A DNA stretch of 64,000 nucleotides from Candidatus Nitrospinota bacterium M3_3B_026 (GTDB lineage: Bacteria; Nitrospinota_A; UBA7883; JBPRGF01): NCBI GenBank assembly GCA_051418015.1, contig JBPRGF010000029.1:128001-192000 (forward strand). The letters run 5' to 3'. The position numbers and the translations under genes are program-made. The notes below the pieces were generated by a model, which saw nothing but the letters and a program-made list of their open reading frames with translations, was not told where the DNA came from and ran no database searches. Shown one piece after another: positions 30,853 to 39,444 of the stretch; positions within the stretch are counted from its first letter, which is position 1; each line of letters opens with the position of its first letter.

Positions 30853-31563
30853 ATGATCTATTTTTTCTGTGGAGCGCCGAAGAACGGAAGCCATTTCCAG
30901 ATGTGGATTGTCCAGAAAAGCCTGGACCAGCTCGGTGAGGCATACGAATACCTTGGCAGCGGCCCTTTCCACGAGGCAGGGTTCGAAAACGGGATAAAGC
31001 TTCTAAGAGAAATCGACGCGGACACCGGCGAAAGATACATCTGCAAGGGCCACTGGGGCGAAGCCGGGGAACGGGACGCTCTCCTTTCGGTCGAAAACAT
31101 AAAAATATTTCTCATCTGGCGCGAAATCCGGGACGCGCTGGTCTCTCAATACTATTTCAACATGCGCCATCACAAACGGCCGTACAGGGACTTCGACGAG
31201 TTCTACTGGAGGCACGGGCGCCCCTACCTCCTGAAAAACCAGGTCGAATACAGGCGTGTGTGGGGAGAGGCGGACGACCCGCGAATCGTTCATACAAGCT
31301 ACACGCGGCTCAAAACGGATTTCGACGGCGAAGCGTCGAGGTTGCTCGCCGCCGCGGGGATTCGCGGCGTGGACATGGAGGACCTGAAACGGAGGCTTTC
31401 CCTGGACCGCCTCAGGAAAGAGATAAACGACGCGGAAGGGGTCATGATAAGAAAAGGCGCCCTGGGCGAGCACAGGGAGGTAATACGGTCGGAGGAGATC
31501 CTGCGGGATATTAACGAAGTAGAGAAAACGATATCCAGGGAGCCAGTCATACCCTTGAGATAG
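30853..31563 (+). CDS. Sulfotransferase domain protein
   Basis: GAPKNGS (5'-PSB), WREIRDALVSQY (3'-PB), SYTRLK, IRKG..GE. Confidence 0.85.
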   Translation: MIYFFCGAPKNGSHFQMWIVQKSLDQLGEAYEYLGSGPFHEAGFENGIKLLREIDADTGERYICKGHWGEAGERDALLSVENIKIFLIWREIRDALVSQYYFNMRHHKRPYRDFDEFYWRHGRPYLLKNQVEYRRVWGEADDPRIVHTSYTRLKTDFDGEASRLLAAAGIRGVDMEDLKRRLSLDRLRKEINDAEGVMIRKGALGEHREVIRSEEILRDINEVEKTISREPVIPLR

Positions 31564-32698
31564 GCCCCTTCGCGTAAAAAGCGTCTTTAGCTGACCCCCC
31601 CACCAAAACGTTCCCCGCTATCCAGCGGATGGCGGGGACGCAGACGGCGTCGCCGAAGGCGAACATGCCCGCGTTCTGGCTTTGTGGCAGCCTGAAACCT
31701 TCCGGCGCGCCCTGCAGCCTGCCGTATTCGCGGGCGGTCATGTTCCGCGCCATGATCTCCCCCCGCCCCAGCGCAAGCAACATCTGGCGGGAAGAGCCGC
31801 CTCTCGGCGTCCGCAGGCATCCGGCCAGGCCGTCGAACCGCGGCTCCACCATCGGCCTGCCCGCCCTCACCCGCCGGAACGCGGCGGCGTAGACGATCTT
31901 GCCGCCGGCCATCGCCTCGCGCGCCAGGGCGGCGTTTTTCTCGTTCATGCCGTCGAGCAGTTTTTCAGCCTGATATTTGTCCCACCAGGCCGCGTTTCCG
32001 TTTTTCTCCACGATGCCGGAAAGCTTCAAGGGCGCCTTCTCGGGCGGCGACGGTATATCCACAAAACCCCAACGCGCGTTTGGGACCGACTCCACCACCC
32101 TGACAAGCGGCGGCGGTTTCAGCCGCCCGTCGCGTTTTTCGAAAAACTCGCGTCCAGGCGCCGCCCTGCCCCTCCGGCCGAGCACAAAAAGCCTGGGCCT
32201 GCTCTGGGGCGTGAACCAGCGGGCGTCAAGGATAAAAATGTCCAGCCCGTAGCCGAGGCCGCCGAGCGTCTCCAGGACGCGGCGGATGTCCCCGCCCCCG
32301 CCGGAGCTCAAAAGCCCCGGCACGTTCTCCAGCAGGACGAGCCTCGGCCTGCGCCGCCCCATCCCCTTCAGCAGCTTTATGAAACCGTGAAAAGCCCCAG
32401 ACCGCTCCCCGGAAAGCCCCCGCCGCGTCCCCGCCAGCGAAAGGTCCACGCAGGGGAAAGACGCCGTGGCCAGGCCGATGTCCGGGATCATGGAGGCGGA
32501 CAGGGAGTTTATGTCGTCTTCTATCAGCTCCCCGCCGCCGAAGTTGGCCCTGTACACGGCGGTTTTCCTCGGGTCGTTGTCGTTGGCGAAGACGCACCTG
32601 AGACCCTCCGCCTCCAGCCCCAGCCGGAAAAGCCCCACCCCGGCGAAAAACTCCGCGAAGTTTTTTGAGTTGTCAGAATCGCCACCCGCCGCCGTCAT
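31547..32698 (-). CDS. dcm: DNA (cytosine-5)-methyltransferase
   Basis: Motif I FFAGVG, IV SFPC.DLS.AG, VI ENVPG, VIII QSRPR, IX RE..RLQG, X GDAV. Confidence 0.93.
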   Translation of the reverse strand: MTAAGGDSDNSKNFAEFFAGVGLFRLGLEAEGLRCVFANDNDPRKTAVYRANFGGGELIEDDINSLSASMIPDIGLATASFPCVDLSLAGTRRGLSGERSGAFHGFIKLLKGMGRRRPRLVLLENVPGLLSSGGGGDIRRVLETLGGLGYGLDIFILDARWFTPQSRPRLFVLGRRGRAAPGREFFEKRDGRLKPPPLVRVVESVPNARWGFVDIPSPPEKAPLKLSGIVEKNGNAAWWDKYQAEKLLDGMNEKNAALAREAMAGGKIVYAAAFRRVRAGRPMVEPRFDGLAGCLRTPRGGSSRQMLLALGRGEIMARNMTAREYGRLQGAPEGFRLPQSQNAGMFAFGDAVCVPAIRWIAGNVLVGGSAKDAFYAKGPISRV

Positions 32699-32705
32699 GG
32701 TTTTC

Positions 32706-33101
32706 TCAACAAGACTCCAGGAACTCCTTCAGCGTGATTATCCTCGCGCCCCCATGGCTTTTCAGGCCCAGCATCGCCTTGTCCCCGGTAACGATGACGT
32801 CCGCCTCCCCGGAGACGGCGAGTTCGAGAACACGGTTGTCAGGGTCATCGGCAAGGGCCTTTATCCTCCGCCGAGGATGGACCATCTCGCCAAGCTCCGA
32901 CAGAAACACCGCCGCCCGCGCAAGCTCCTCCCCGTCGCGGGCGAACTTGCGGGCCAGGACGTCGAGGACCTCGTGGATGATGGGTCTCGATATCAGAAGC
33001 CTGGCGTGGCCGTCCATCACCTTTCGCAACGCTTCTTCGGCGCGGCCGCCGGGGATCGCCAGGGCGGAGACGAACACGTTGCTGTCGAAAACGGCTTTCA
33101 C
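32706..33101 (-). CDS. PIN-domain toxin (VapC-like)
   Basis: VFDSNVFVSAL, E..DV, DDPDNRVLELA..G.AD.IVTGD. Confidence 0.88.
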   Translation of the reverse strand: MKAVFDSNVFVSALAIPGGRAEEALRKVMDGHARLLISRPIIHEVLDVLARKFARDGEELARAAVFLSELGEMVHPRRRIKALADDPDNRVLELAVSGEADVIVTGDKAMLGLKSHGGARIITLKEFLESC

Positions 33102-33334
33102 TTGCGCAGGAATCGCTCAAGATCCTTTTCCGTGAGGATGCCCCTCTCCTTCGCCTTGCGGCTCCAGAAGTCCTGAACGGCCTTGTGCTCCTTTTTCAGT
33201 CTGGCGGCGCGGGAGGCCCTGATGGCGTCCTGTATGACGCCGCTGACGGTCTTGCCCTCCGCCCGGGCGGCTCGTTCGGTTTCCCGGGCAAGGTCCGGCG
33301 GCAACGAGATCGTCTTCTTGACGGCTGTTGTCAT
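33098..33334 (-). CDS. Ribbon-helix-helix antitoxin
   Basis: MTTAVKKTISLPPDLARE...EGKTVSGVIQDAI; AAGGAG RBS; GTGA overlap with the PIN gene. Confidence 0.85.
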   Translation of the reverse strand: MTTAVKKTISLPPDLARETERAARAEGKTVSGVIQDAIRASRAARLKKEHKAVQDFWSRKAKERGILTEKDLERFLRK

Positions 33335-33371
33335 CCTGAGGCTTTCTCCTTTAGTGTGAATTGTTAACACC

Positions 33372-33400
33372 AATATATCCCAGGAGGCGTCCCGTGACAA
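33372..33400 (-). promoter_or_regulatory. Sigma70-type promoter for antitoxin-toxin-dcm with adjacent inverted-repeat operator candidate
   Basis: Minus strand TTGTCA-N17-TATATT; imperfect inverted repeat GTGTGAATTGTTAACAC at about 33354-33370 just downstream. Confidence 0.65.
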
Positions 33401-33435
33401 GGCGGCCGGCGGCGCGGCCCTCGCCCGTGACGGCG

Positions 33436-33903
33436 TCATTTCCTTCGGATTCCGCGCCCCTTTCGGGGCCTTTTCCCCGCCTCGACGGCGCGGACGATCC
33501 GGCCCACCGCCCTGCCCGGCGAACGTGAAAGGTCGCTTTCCCATATTCTTATGACTTTCCAGCCCTCCCCGCGGAGCTTTGCGTCCACCTTCCTGTCGCG
33601 CTCTATGTTTCCCTTTATCTTCTTTTCCCAGTATGGCCTGTTGCGTACGTTCCTGAGCTGGTCCTCGAGGCTCGCAAAACCCCTCAGCCGCCACTGGTTG
33701 CCGTGCCAGAAGTCCCCGTCCACGAAGACGGCCACCCTGGCGGAAACGAACACAATGTCCGGTTTGCCCGGCAGGCGGGGATGGTTCAGCCTGTAGCGCA
33801 GGCCCCTTTTCCAAAGCCGCTTGCGCAGGAGCATCTCCGGGCCGGTACCGGATCCCTTGACGGCGGCCATGGTTTTCGAGGTACGCTCATCCGGTTTTCT
33901 CAT
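33436..33903 (-). CDS. vsr: Very short patch repair endonuclease
   Basis: MAAVKGSGTGPE, YRLN...LPGKPDIVF, FVDGDFWHG, YWEKKI..N.ERD, GWKVIRIWE. Confidence 0.93.
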   Translation of the reverse strand: MRKPDERTSKTMAAVKGSGTGPEMLLRKRLWKRGLRYRLNHPRLPGKPDIVFVSARVAVFVDGDFWHGNQWRLRGFASLEDQLRNVRNRPYWEKKIKGNIERDRKVDAKLRGEGWKVIRIWESDLSRSPGRAVGRIVRAVEAGKRPRKGRGIRRK

Positions 33904-34410
33904 GAGCCACAAGTTAACACGGGCGAAGAAAAACCGTTTCCCGAAAAATTTTTCAGAAAAAATTCCCTGCCCAGCCCCGGTTGACGCATTGCGTTTTTAT
34001 TTTCAATAAGATGTGCGAGAGCCGGGGATGTCCTTCCGGGTGGCGTAAATCATGGCGCAGGCTTGACATCCTCCCTGTTATTATGTAATTAGTCTTGTTG
34101 AGACATAATTTCCCATAGCGGTCCGCAAGCAGGGGGGATGTGGAGGGCCGTATATGGGGAATAGCCTTCGCACCAGCCGCACGGGGGCGCTGCTGATGCT
34201 TAACCTATACGGGGAGGCGCCTCAATAGAAGAGCCGGTCTGTTCGCCGGCCGGGGCGCCACGAGGTGGTTAGTTTTAGGTTACGTAATCCGTGGCGAAGA
34301 TGAGCAGCGGCGCTTTATCCTGCGACAACTCTGTACTCCCGCGTCCGTTCTCCATTCCGAGCCGCGAATTACCCTGAGTTGATCTAAAGTTCATCAGCGG
34401 AGGGTTCCTT

Positions 34411-35220
34411 ATGGCAGCAGAGCAAGAAGCGCAGCTTGTGGCTGAGCGCGAGGCGAGGGGAGTGGCCGAGCCTCACGGCGGTCACGGCGAACATCACTGG
34501 GAATGGAGCTATTATCCACTAATACTGGTCGTCGGAATCTTTTTGGCGGTCCCCATAGCGTTCGCCCTTATGTTCGAGTATCACAACGGCACGATGGCCG
34601 CCGTGGCGGCGGGGATCGGCGTGCCGCTGATACTGTGGGGGATAGCGGGGTGGACGAGCGAGGGTCTCGCGCAGAAGGAGGAGCACGGCTACGCGCTTAC
34701 GGGCCTGCCCATCTTCATAGTGTCCGAGGTGCTGATCTTCCTGTCCCTTTTCGCTTCGTACTGGACGATGAGGCTTTCGGCCGACGTATGGCCGCCGCCA
34801 GGCTCCCCGCACATCGGTGTCATCCTGCCCATCATAATGACCGCGGTGCTGGTAAGCTCGTCGGTGACCTATCACCTGGGCGAGATGAGGCTGGAGGAGG
34901 GCGACAAGAGCGGATTCATCACCTGGCTTTTCGCGTCCATCCTGCTCGGGGCCATATTCCTCGGGATGAGCGCCTATGAGTACAACCACCTGATGCATGA
35001 GGGCTTCGTTTTCGGGACGAACGCCAAGAGCACGGCGTTTTACTCCATAACGGGCTTCCATGCCTCGCACGTGCTGATCGGGCTTTGTGTGTTTCTGACC
35101 GTTCTTATCCCCGCCCTTTCAGGCAAGATAAGCAAGACGTTCGTCACGGGGGCCGGCGTGTATTGGCATTTCGTCGACGTCGTCTGGTTTTTCGTCGTCA
35201 GCCAGATCTATTTCTGGTAA
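34411..35220 (+). CDS. coxC: Cytochrome c oxidase subunit III
   Basis: FIVSE..F..LF, WPP, LVSSS, FY..TGFHASHV, YWHFVDVVW. Confidence 0.93.
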   Translation: MAAEQEAQLVAEREARGVAEPHGGHGEHHWEWSYYPLILVVGIFLAVPIAFALMFEYHNGTMAAVAAGIGVPLILWGIAGWTSEGLAQKEEHGYALTGLPIFIVSEVLIFLSLFASYWTMRLSADVWPPPGSPHIGVILPIIMTAVLVSSSVTYHLGEMRLEEGDKSGFITWLFASILLGAIFLGMSAYEYNHLMHEGFVFGTNAKSTAFYSITGFHASHVLIGLCVFLTVLIPALSGKISKTFVTGAGVYWHFVDVVWFFVVSQIYFW

Positions 35221-35230
35221 GGGGATAAGG

Positions 35231-36079
35231 ATGTTCTGGCCCAGTCGGCGGGCCGCCCTTGCGGCGGCGGCCCTCGCGATCGTGGCGGCGGCTTCCCAGT
35301 CGGCGGCGCAGGGGTTCAGGCCCCCGCAGTCCGAGTTCGACCCGGAGACCCTGCGGATAGACGAGCAGGAGGTCCTGGGCGAGAAGATCGACCATGGCCT
35401 GACCTTCGTGGACCACGAGGGGAGGGAGTTCTCCATGGCCGATTTTCGCGGGACGCCCCTGATCCTGATCCTCTCCTATTACACCTGCGACGGGGCCTGC
35501 CCCGCCTTCAACATGGAGCTGAAAGGCGCCATAGAGAAGGTCAACGAGCGCGGACGGGTTTCCATAGGGGAGGATTTCAACGTGCTGACCGTCTCTTTCG
35601 ACAAGAACGATGGCCCCGAGGCGGGCCGGATGTTCCGGGAGATGATAAAACTCACCGGGAAATACGGCGACAGCTGGAGGGTGGCCACGGTCAGGGACGA
35701 GGGGATGATCGAGGCGTTGGCCTCCTCGCTGGACTATCGCTACTTCTGGTCGCCCGCCGACAGGATGTTCTTTCACCCGAACGCGTTTTTCTTCATATCG
35801 CCCGAGGGGAGGGTCGTCCGTGTCCTCCACAACGCCCTGTCCGACCCCAAGGACATGGAGCTTGCCGTCATCGACACGAAGTTCAACAGGCTGAAACCCT
35901 CGGAGGTGATAAACCTCGTGGTGGGGCTGTGTTACAGCTACAACTTCAAGGAAGGCAAGTACGGGCTGAACTATCCGCTTTTCATAGCGTTCGGGTCTCT
36001 TTTCACGGGGATATCGGCGTTCGCCGCAGCCGCGTACGTTCAAAGGAATAAAGTCAAAGGCAAGGAGAGATTGTCATGA
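35231..36079 (+). CDS. SCO family copper chaperone
   Basis: Signal peptide, YYTCDGACP (CxxxC), TVSFD, conserved His in FHP, C-terminal TM helix. Confidence 0.85.
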   Translation: MFWPSRRAALAAAALAIVAAASQSAAQGFRPPQSEFDPETLRIDEQEVLGEKIDHGLTFVDHEGREFSMADFRGTPLILILSYYTCDGACPAFNMELKGAIEKVNERGRVSIGEDFNVLTVSFDKNDGPEAGRMFREMIKLTGKYGDSWRVATVRDEGMIEALASSLDYRYFWSPADRMFFHPNAFFFISPEGRVVRVLHNALSDPKDMELAVIDTKFNRLKPSEVINLVVGLCYSYNFKEGKYGLNYPLFIAFGSLFTGISAFAAAAYVQRNKVKGKERLS

Positions 36080-36780
36080 GATTACTGATATCACTGGCGG
36101 CCGTTTTGTCCGCGGCCCCCGCTTTCGCATCCTCCGCCGGCGCGGGAGAGATCCCCGACCCGGCCGAGGGGTGGGACCATCTCTGGTACCACCTGTTGCT
36201 GGACATCGGGGCGATCGGCGTCGTCTTCGGCCTCATCACCGTGGTCTTCCTGGTCCGCTACACGAGAAAGAGAGAGGACCAGGAAGGGGACGCCCCGAAG
36301 CTTTCCTTCGGCCAGTCCATGGGCTGGGCCATGATCCCGATGTTTCTTTTCCTGGCGGACGACTTCTACCTGGCCGCCAATGGCTGGAAGCTCTGGAACG
36401 ACCAGAGGCGGGTTCCCGAGAACGCCATGGAGGTGGAGGTGGAAGCCATGATGTATGGCTGGTACTTCACCTACGACAACGGCGTGGAGAGCGACAACTT
36501 CGGCGACGGCCTGGTCGTCCCCGAGGGCAAGCCGGTCGTCCTGAGGATGAAGAGCACGGACGTGATCCACTCGTTTTTCATCCCTGATTTCAGGATCAAG
36601 GAGGACGTAATGCCAGGCAGGGTCACCTACCTGTGGATCAACCCGACAGCCAGCAAGAGAGGCGAGCACGTCTTCACCTGCACGGAGTATTGCGGCTTCG
36701 GCCACTCCAACATGTTCGGGAAGGTAAAGGTCGTCTCTCCCCGGGAGTTCGAGGAGTGGATGGCCGAACGCCAGGCGTGA
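36076..36780 (+). CDS. coxB: Cytochrome c oxidase subunit II (CuA)
   Basis: DVIHSF and CTEYCGFGHSNM CuA ligands, WYFTY; no fused cytochrome c. Confidence 0.94.
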   Translation: MRLLISLAAVLSAAPAFASSAGAGEIPDPAEGWDHLWYHLLLDIGAIGVVFGLITVVFLVRYTRKREDQEGDAPKLSFGQSMGWAMIPMFLFLADDFYLAANGWKLWNDQRRVPENAMEVEVEAMMYGWYFTYDNGVESDNFGDGLVVPEGKPVVLRMKSTDVIHSFFIPDFRIKEDVMPGRVTYLWINPTASKRGEHVFTCTEYCGFGHSNMFGKVKVVSPREFEEWMAERQA

Positions 36781-36835
36781 CGGGGGAAGTTCGGAAAGAA
36801 AGAGAAGCCATTTAACTTAGAGGAAACGACACATC

Positions 36836-38419
36836 ATGAAGGAATGGATATTCTCAACCGATCACAAGCGGATCGGGATAATGTACCTCGTGGGGTCGAT
36901 GGCGGCCTTCGCCGTGGCCGGCATCATGGCCCTGCTCATCCGGGCCGAGCTGTGGAGCATCGGCCCCACGTTGACCGATGACGCCACCAACTACAACGTG
37001 TGGCTATATTTCCATGGCGCGGCGATGATTTTGGCCTTTCTGATTCCCGGGCTGACCGGGTTTTTCGCCAACTATTTCGTGCCCATAATGATAGGCGCGC
37101 CGGACGTGGCGTTCCCCAGGATCAACTCCCTGTCGCTCTGGCTGTTCTGGGCGGGTATTGTCCTTGCGCTCTTGACGTTCGTCGTTCCGAACCCGCCGGA
37201 CGTGATGTGGACGGGCTATCCGCCCTATTCGGTTCAGACGTCGGGCAACACGTCGTTTTACGTCTTCACGGTCCACCTGATGGGCTTTTCGTCGATCCTG
37301 GGCGCGGTGAACTTCCTTTGCACGATCATATACATGCGCGCTCCGGGGATGGGCTGGAACCAGCTTAACATCTTCGTCTGGACGACGGTCGCCGCTTTCG
37401 TCATCCAGCTGATCTTCATCCCGGTGCTGGCCGCGGCGGTCACCCTGGTGCTTCTGGACAAGTATTTCGGGACCACTTTCTTCGCGCCGGAGGCGGGCGG
37501 CGACGTGCTGCTTTACCAGAACCTGTTCTGGTTCTACTCCCACCCGGCGGTCTACGTCATCCTGCTGCCGGCCATGGGGCTGCTTTTCGAGATCATCTCC
37601 ACCATGTCCAAGAACCCCGTGTTCAACTACAAGGTGGTCGTCTACGGCGGCATCTGGGGCGTGGTCGTGCTGGGGTCGGACGTTTGGGTCCACCACCTCT
37701 ACACCTCCGGCATGGTCGACTGGCTGAGGATCGGCATGATGGTGACGACCCTGATAATATCCGTGCCGGTGGGGCTGATGATGATAAGCCTGGTAGGCAC
37801 GCTGTACAGGGGCTCCATCAAGTTCAACACGGGGATGCTGTACGCCTCGTCGGTTCTCTTCCTGTTCCTGATCGGCGGGTTGACCGGCATCCCCAACGCC
37901 ATGACCTCGATAACGCTGCACCTGGCGGAGACCTACTTCGTCATGGCGCACTTCCACTACGTCATGGCCATATCGGCTGCCTTCGCCATCTTCGGCGGGG
38001 TCTACCACTGGTTCCCGAAGATGACCGGCAGGATGTACAACGAAGGGCTCGGCAAGCTCGCCTTCGTCATCCAGTTCCTGGGGGTGAACCTGACCTTCTG
38101 GCCCATGTTCCACCTGGGCGTGGACGGGATGCCGCGGAGGTACTACGACTACGCGATGTTCCCCGAGTTCGAGCCGCTTCACAAGCTGGCGACCGTGGGC
38201 GCCGTCCTTGTCGCGGTGGGAATGCTCCTTGTCGTGGTCAACTGGGTGTACGGCGCCTTCGCCGGACCGAAGGCCGAGGAGAACCCGTGGGGCGCGAAGT
38301 CGCTGGAGTGGACGCACGCCGTCTCCCCTCCGGGGCCCGGCAACTTCCCCACGCCGCCGTCGGTGGACGCGGAGTGGTCGCCCTACAATTACGGTGGACA
38401 CACCGCCTCCACGCTGTAG
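36836..38419 (+). CDS. coxA: Cytochrome c oxidase subunit I, A2 type
   Basis: TDHKRIG, FHG, DVAFPRIN, FWFYSHPAVY (A2 YS motif, His-Tyr pair), WVHH, AHFHY, PRRY. Confidence 0.96.
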   Translation: MKEWIFSTDHKRIGIMYLVGSMAAFAVAGIMALLIRAELWSIGPTLTDDATNYNVWLYFHGAAMILAFLIPGLTGFFANYFVPIMIGAPDVAFPRINSLSLWLFWAGIVLALLTFVVPNPPDVMWTGYPPYSVQTSGNTSFYVFTVHLMGFSSILGAVNFLCTIIYMRAPGMGWNQLNIFVWTTVAAFVIQLIFIPVLAAAVTLVLLDKYFGTTFFAPEAGGDVLLYQNLFWFYSHPAVYVILLPAMGLLFEIISTMSKNPVFNYKVVVYGGIWGVVVLGSDVWVHHLYTSGMVDWLRIGMMVTTLIISVPVGLMMISLVGTLYRGSIKFNTGMLYASSVLFLFLIGGLTGIPNAMTSITLHLAETYFVMAHFHYVMAISAAFAIFGGVYHWFPKMTGRMYNEGLGKLAFVIQFLGVNLTFWPMFHLGVDGMPRRYYDYAMFPEFEPLHKLATVGAVLVAVGMLLVVVNWVYGAFAGPKAEENPWGAKSLEWTHAVSPPGPGNFPTPPSVDAEWSPYNYGGHTASTL

Positions 38420-38432
38420 AGACTGTGACCGT

Positions 38433-38477
38433 GGGACCCGGTTTCGCGAAACCCGAGGGCCGGGTCCCCGGTTTTTT
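38433..38477 (+). terminator. Rho-independent terminator candidate after cox subunit I
   Basis: GGGACCCGG...CCGGGTCCC stem followed by a T6 run. Confidence 0.6.
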
Positions 38478-38517
38478 ATGACTAAAATCATGTTTTTTTC
38501 GGGCTGAAAGCATTTAA

Positions 38518-39444
38518 ATGTTAAGAATCCTGGAAATTTCGGACGAGCTGATGGAAAGAATTCTAGTGGGGCTTTCCATTCTATTTACCTATCTGCTGAT
38601 GGTCATGGGCAACGTCGTGACCACCACGGAGTCCGGCCTGGCCTGCCCCGACTGGCCGCTCTGCTACGGGACGGTCGTTCCGCCGTTCAAGACGCAGATA
38701 TGGTTCGAGTGGGGCCACCGCCTGCTTGGCGGCGCCACCGGCTTTCTGATACTGGCCTCCACCGCCGCCGTGTGGCTCAAGAAACGCGGCGCGGCCAGCC
38801 GGTGGCTGACCACCTCGGCGCTCGGCCTGCTGGCCGTGGGGGTGGTCTTCGGCGGGGTGATCGTCCTGATCGAGGCGCCCCTGTTGCAGGGGACGCTGCA
38901 CCTTGCGGTGGTCTCTTTTCACATCGTCCTGGCGACCATCATATTCACGCTCATGATCCTGGCCTTCCGCGGCCTTCCCGAGCCCGGAGAGCCGGCCGGG
39001 CGCGGAATCTATCCGCTGCTGTTCGCGGTGATCTTCGCGCAGGTGTTCATCGGGATACTGGTGCGTTACGGCCAGGCGTCGCTGGCCTGCCCGGATTTCC
39101 CCTTGTGCCAGGGGGAGCTTCTGCCGCCGCTGAACAGCTTCAAGGTCATGATTCACATGGCCCACCGCGCCACGGCTCTGGCGATTTTCCTGATAACCGG
39201 CTGGTATCTCGTCAGGGCCGTCAAGAGCGGGCATGACGTCAAAGGGGCGTCCATCACCTTCGGCCTCGTGATCGCCCAGGGGACGTTCGGCGCGCTGGTG
39301 GTGCTGAGCGGGATGTTTTTGCCATTCATAATCACTCACGGCGCCATGGGCTTCCTCCTCCTGGGATGGGTGACTTACAGATCGGCGCCGGACTTTCTTG
39401 CGAGCCGGGCCGGGCCCGAGACAGTGGGGGGAATCAGCGTATGA
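38518..39444 (+). CDS. ctaA: Heme A synthase
   Basis: GLACPDWPLC, EWGHR, second CPDFPLC, HR and HG His ligands; start may be 38551. Confidence 0.9.
   Translation: MLRILEISDELMERILVGLSILFTYLLMVMGNVVTTTESGLACPDWPLCYGTVVPPFKTQIWFEWGHRLLGGATGFLILASTAAVWLKKRGAASRWLTTSALGLLAVGVVFGGVIVLIEAPLLQGTLHLAVVSFHIVLATIIFTLMILAFRGLPEPGEPAGRGIYPLLFAVIFAQVFIGILVRYGQASLACPDFPLCQGELLPPLNSFKVMIHMAHRATALAIFLITGWYLVRAVKSGHDVKGASITFGLVIAQGTFGALVVLSGMFLPFIITHGAMGFLLLGWVTYRSAPDFLASRAGPETVGGISV

Noticed and set aside
31547..33903. Complete type II restriction-modification system
   Set aside because: No restriction endonuclease candidate adjacent; neighbours are a sulfotransferase and the cox leader
36836..38419. Nitric oxide reductase call for the K-less oxidase
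   Set aside because: Retains the active-site Tyr, D-channel, subunit III and heme A synthesis genes; lacks the NOR-type Glu pattern
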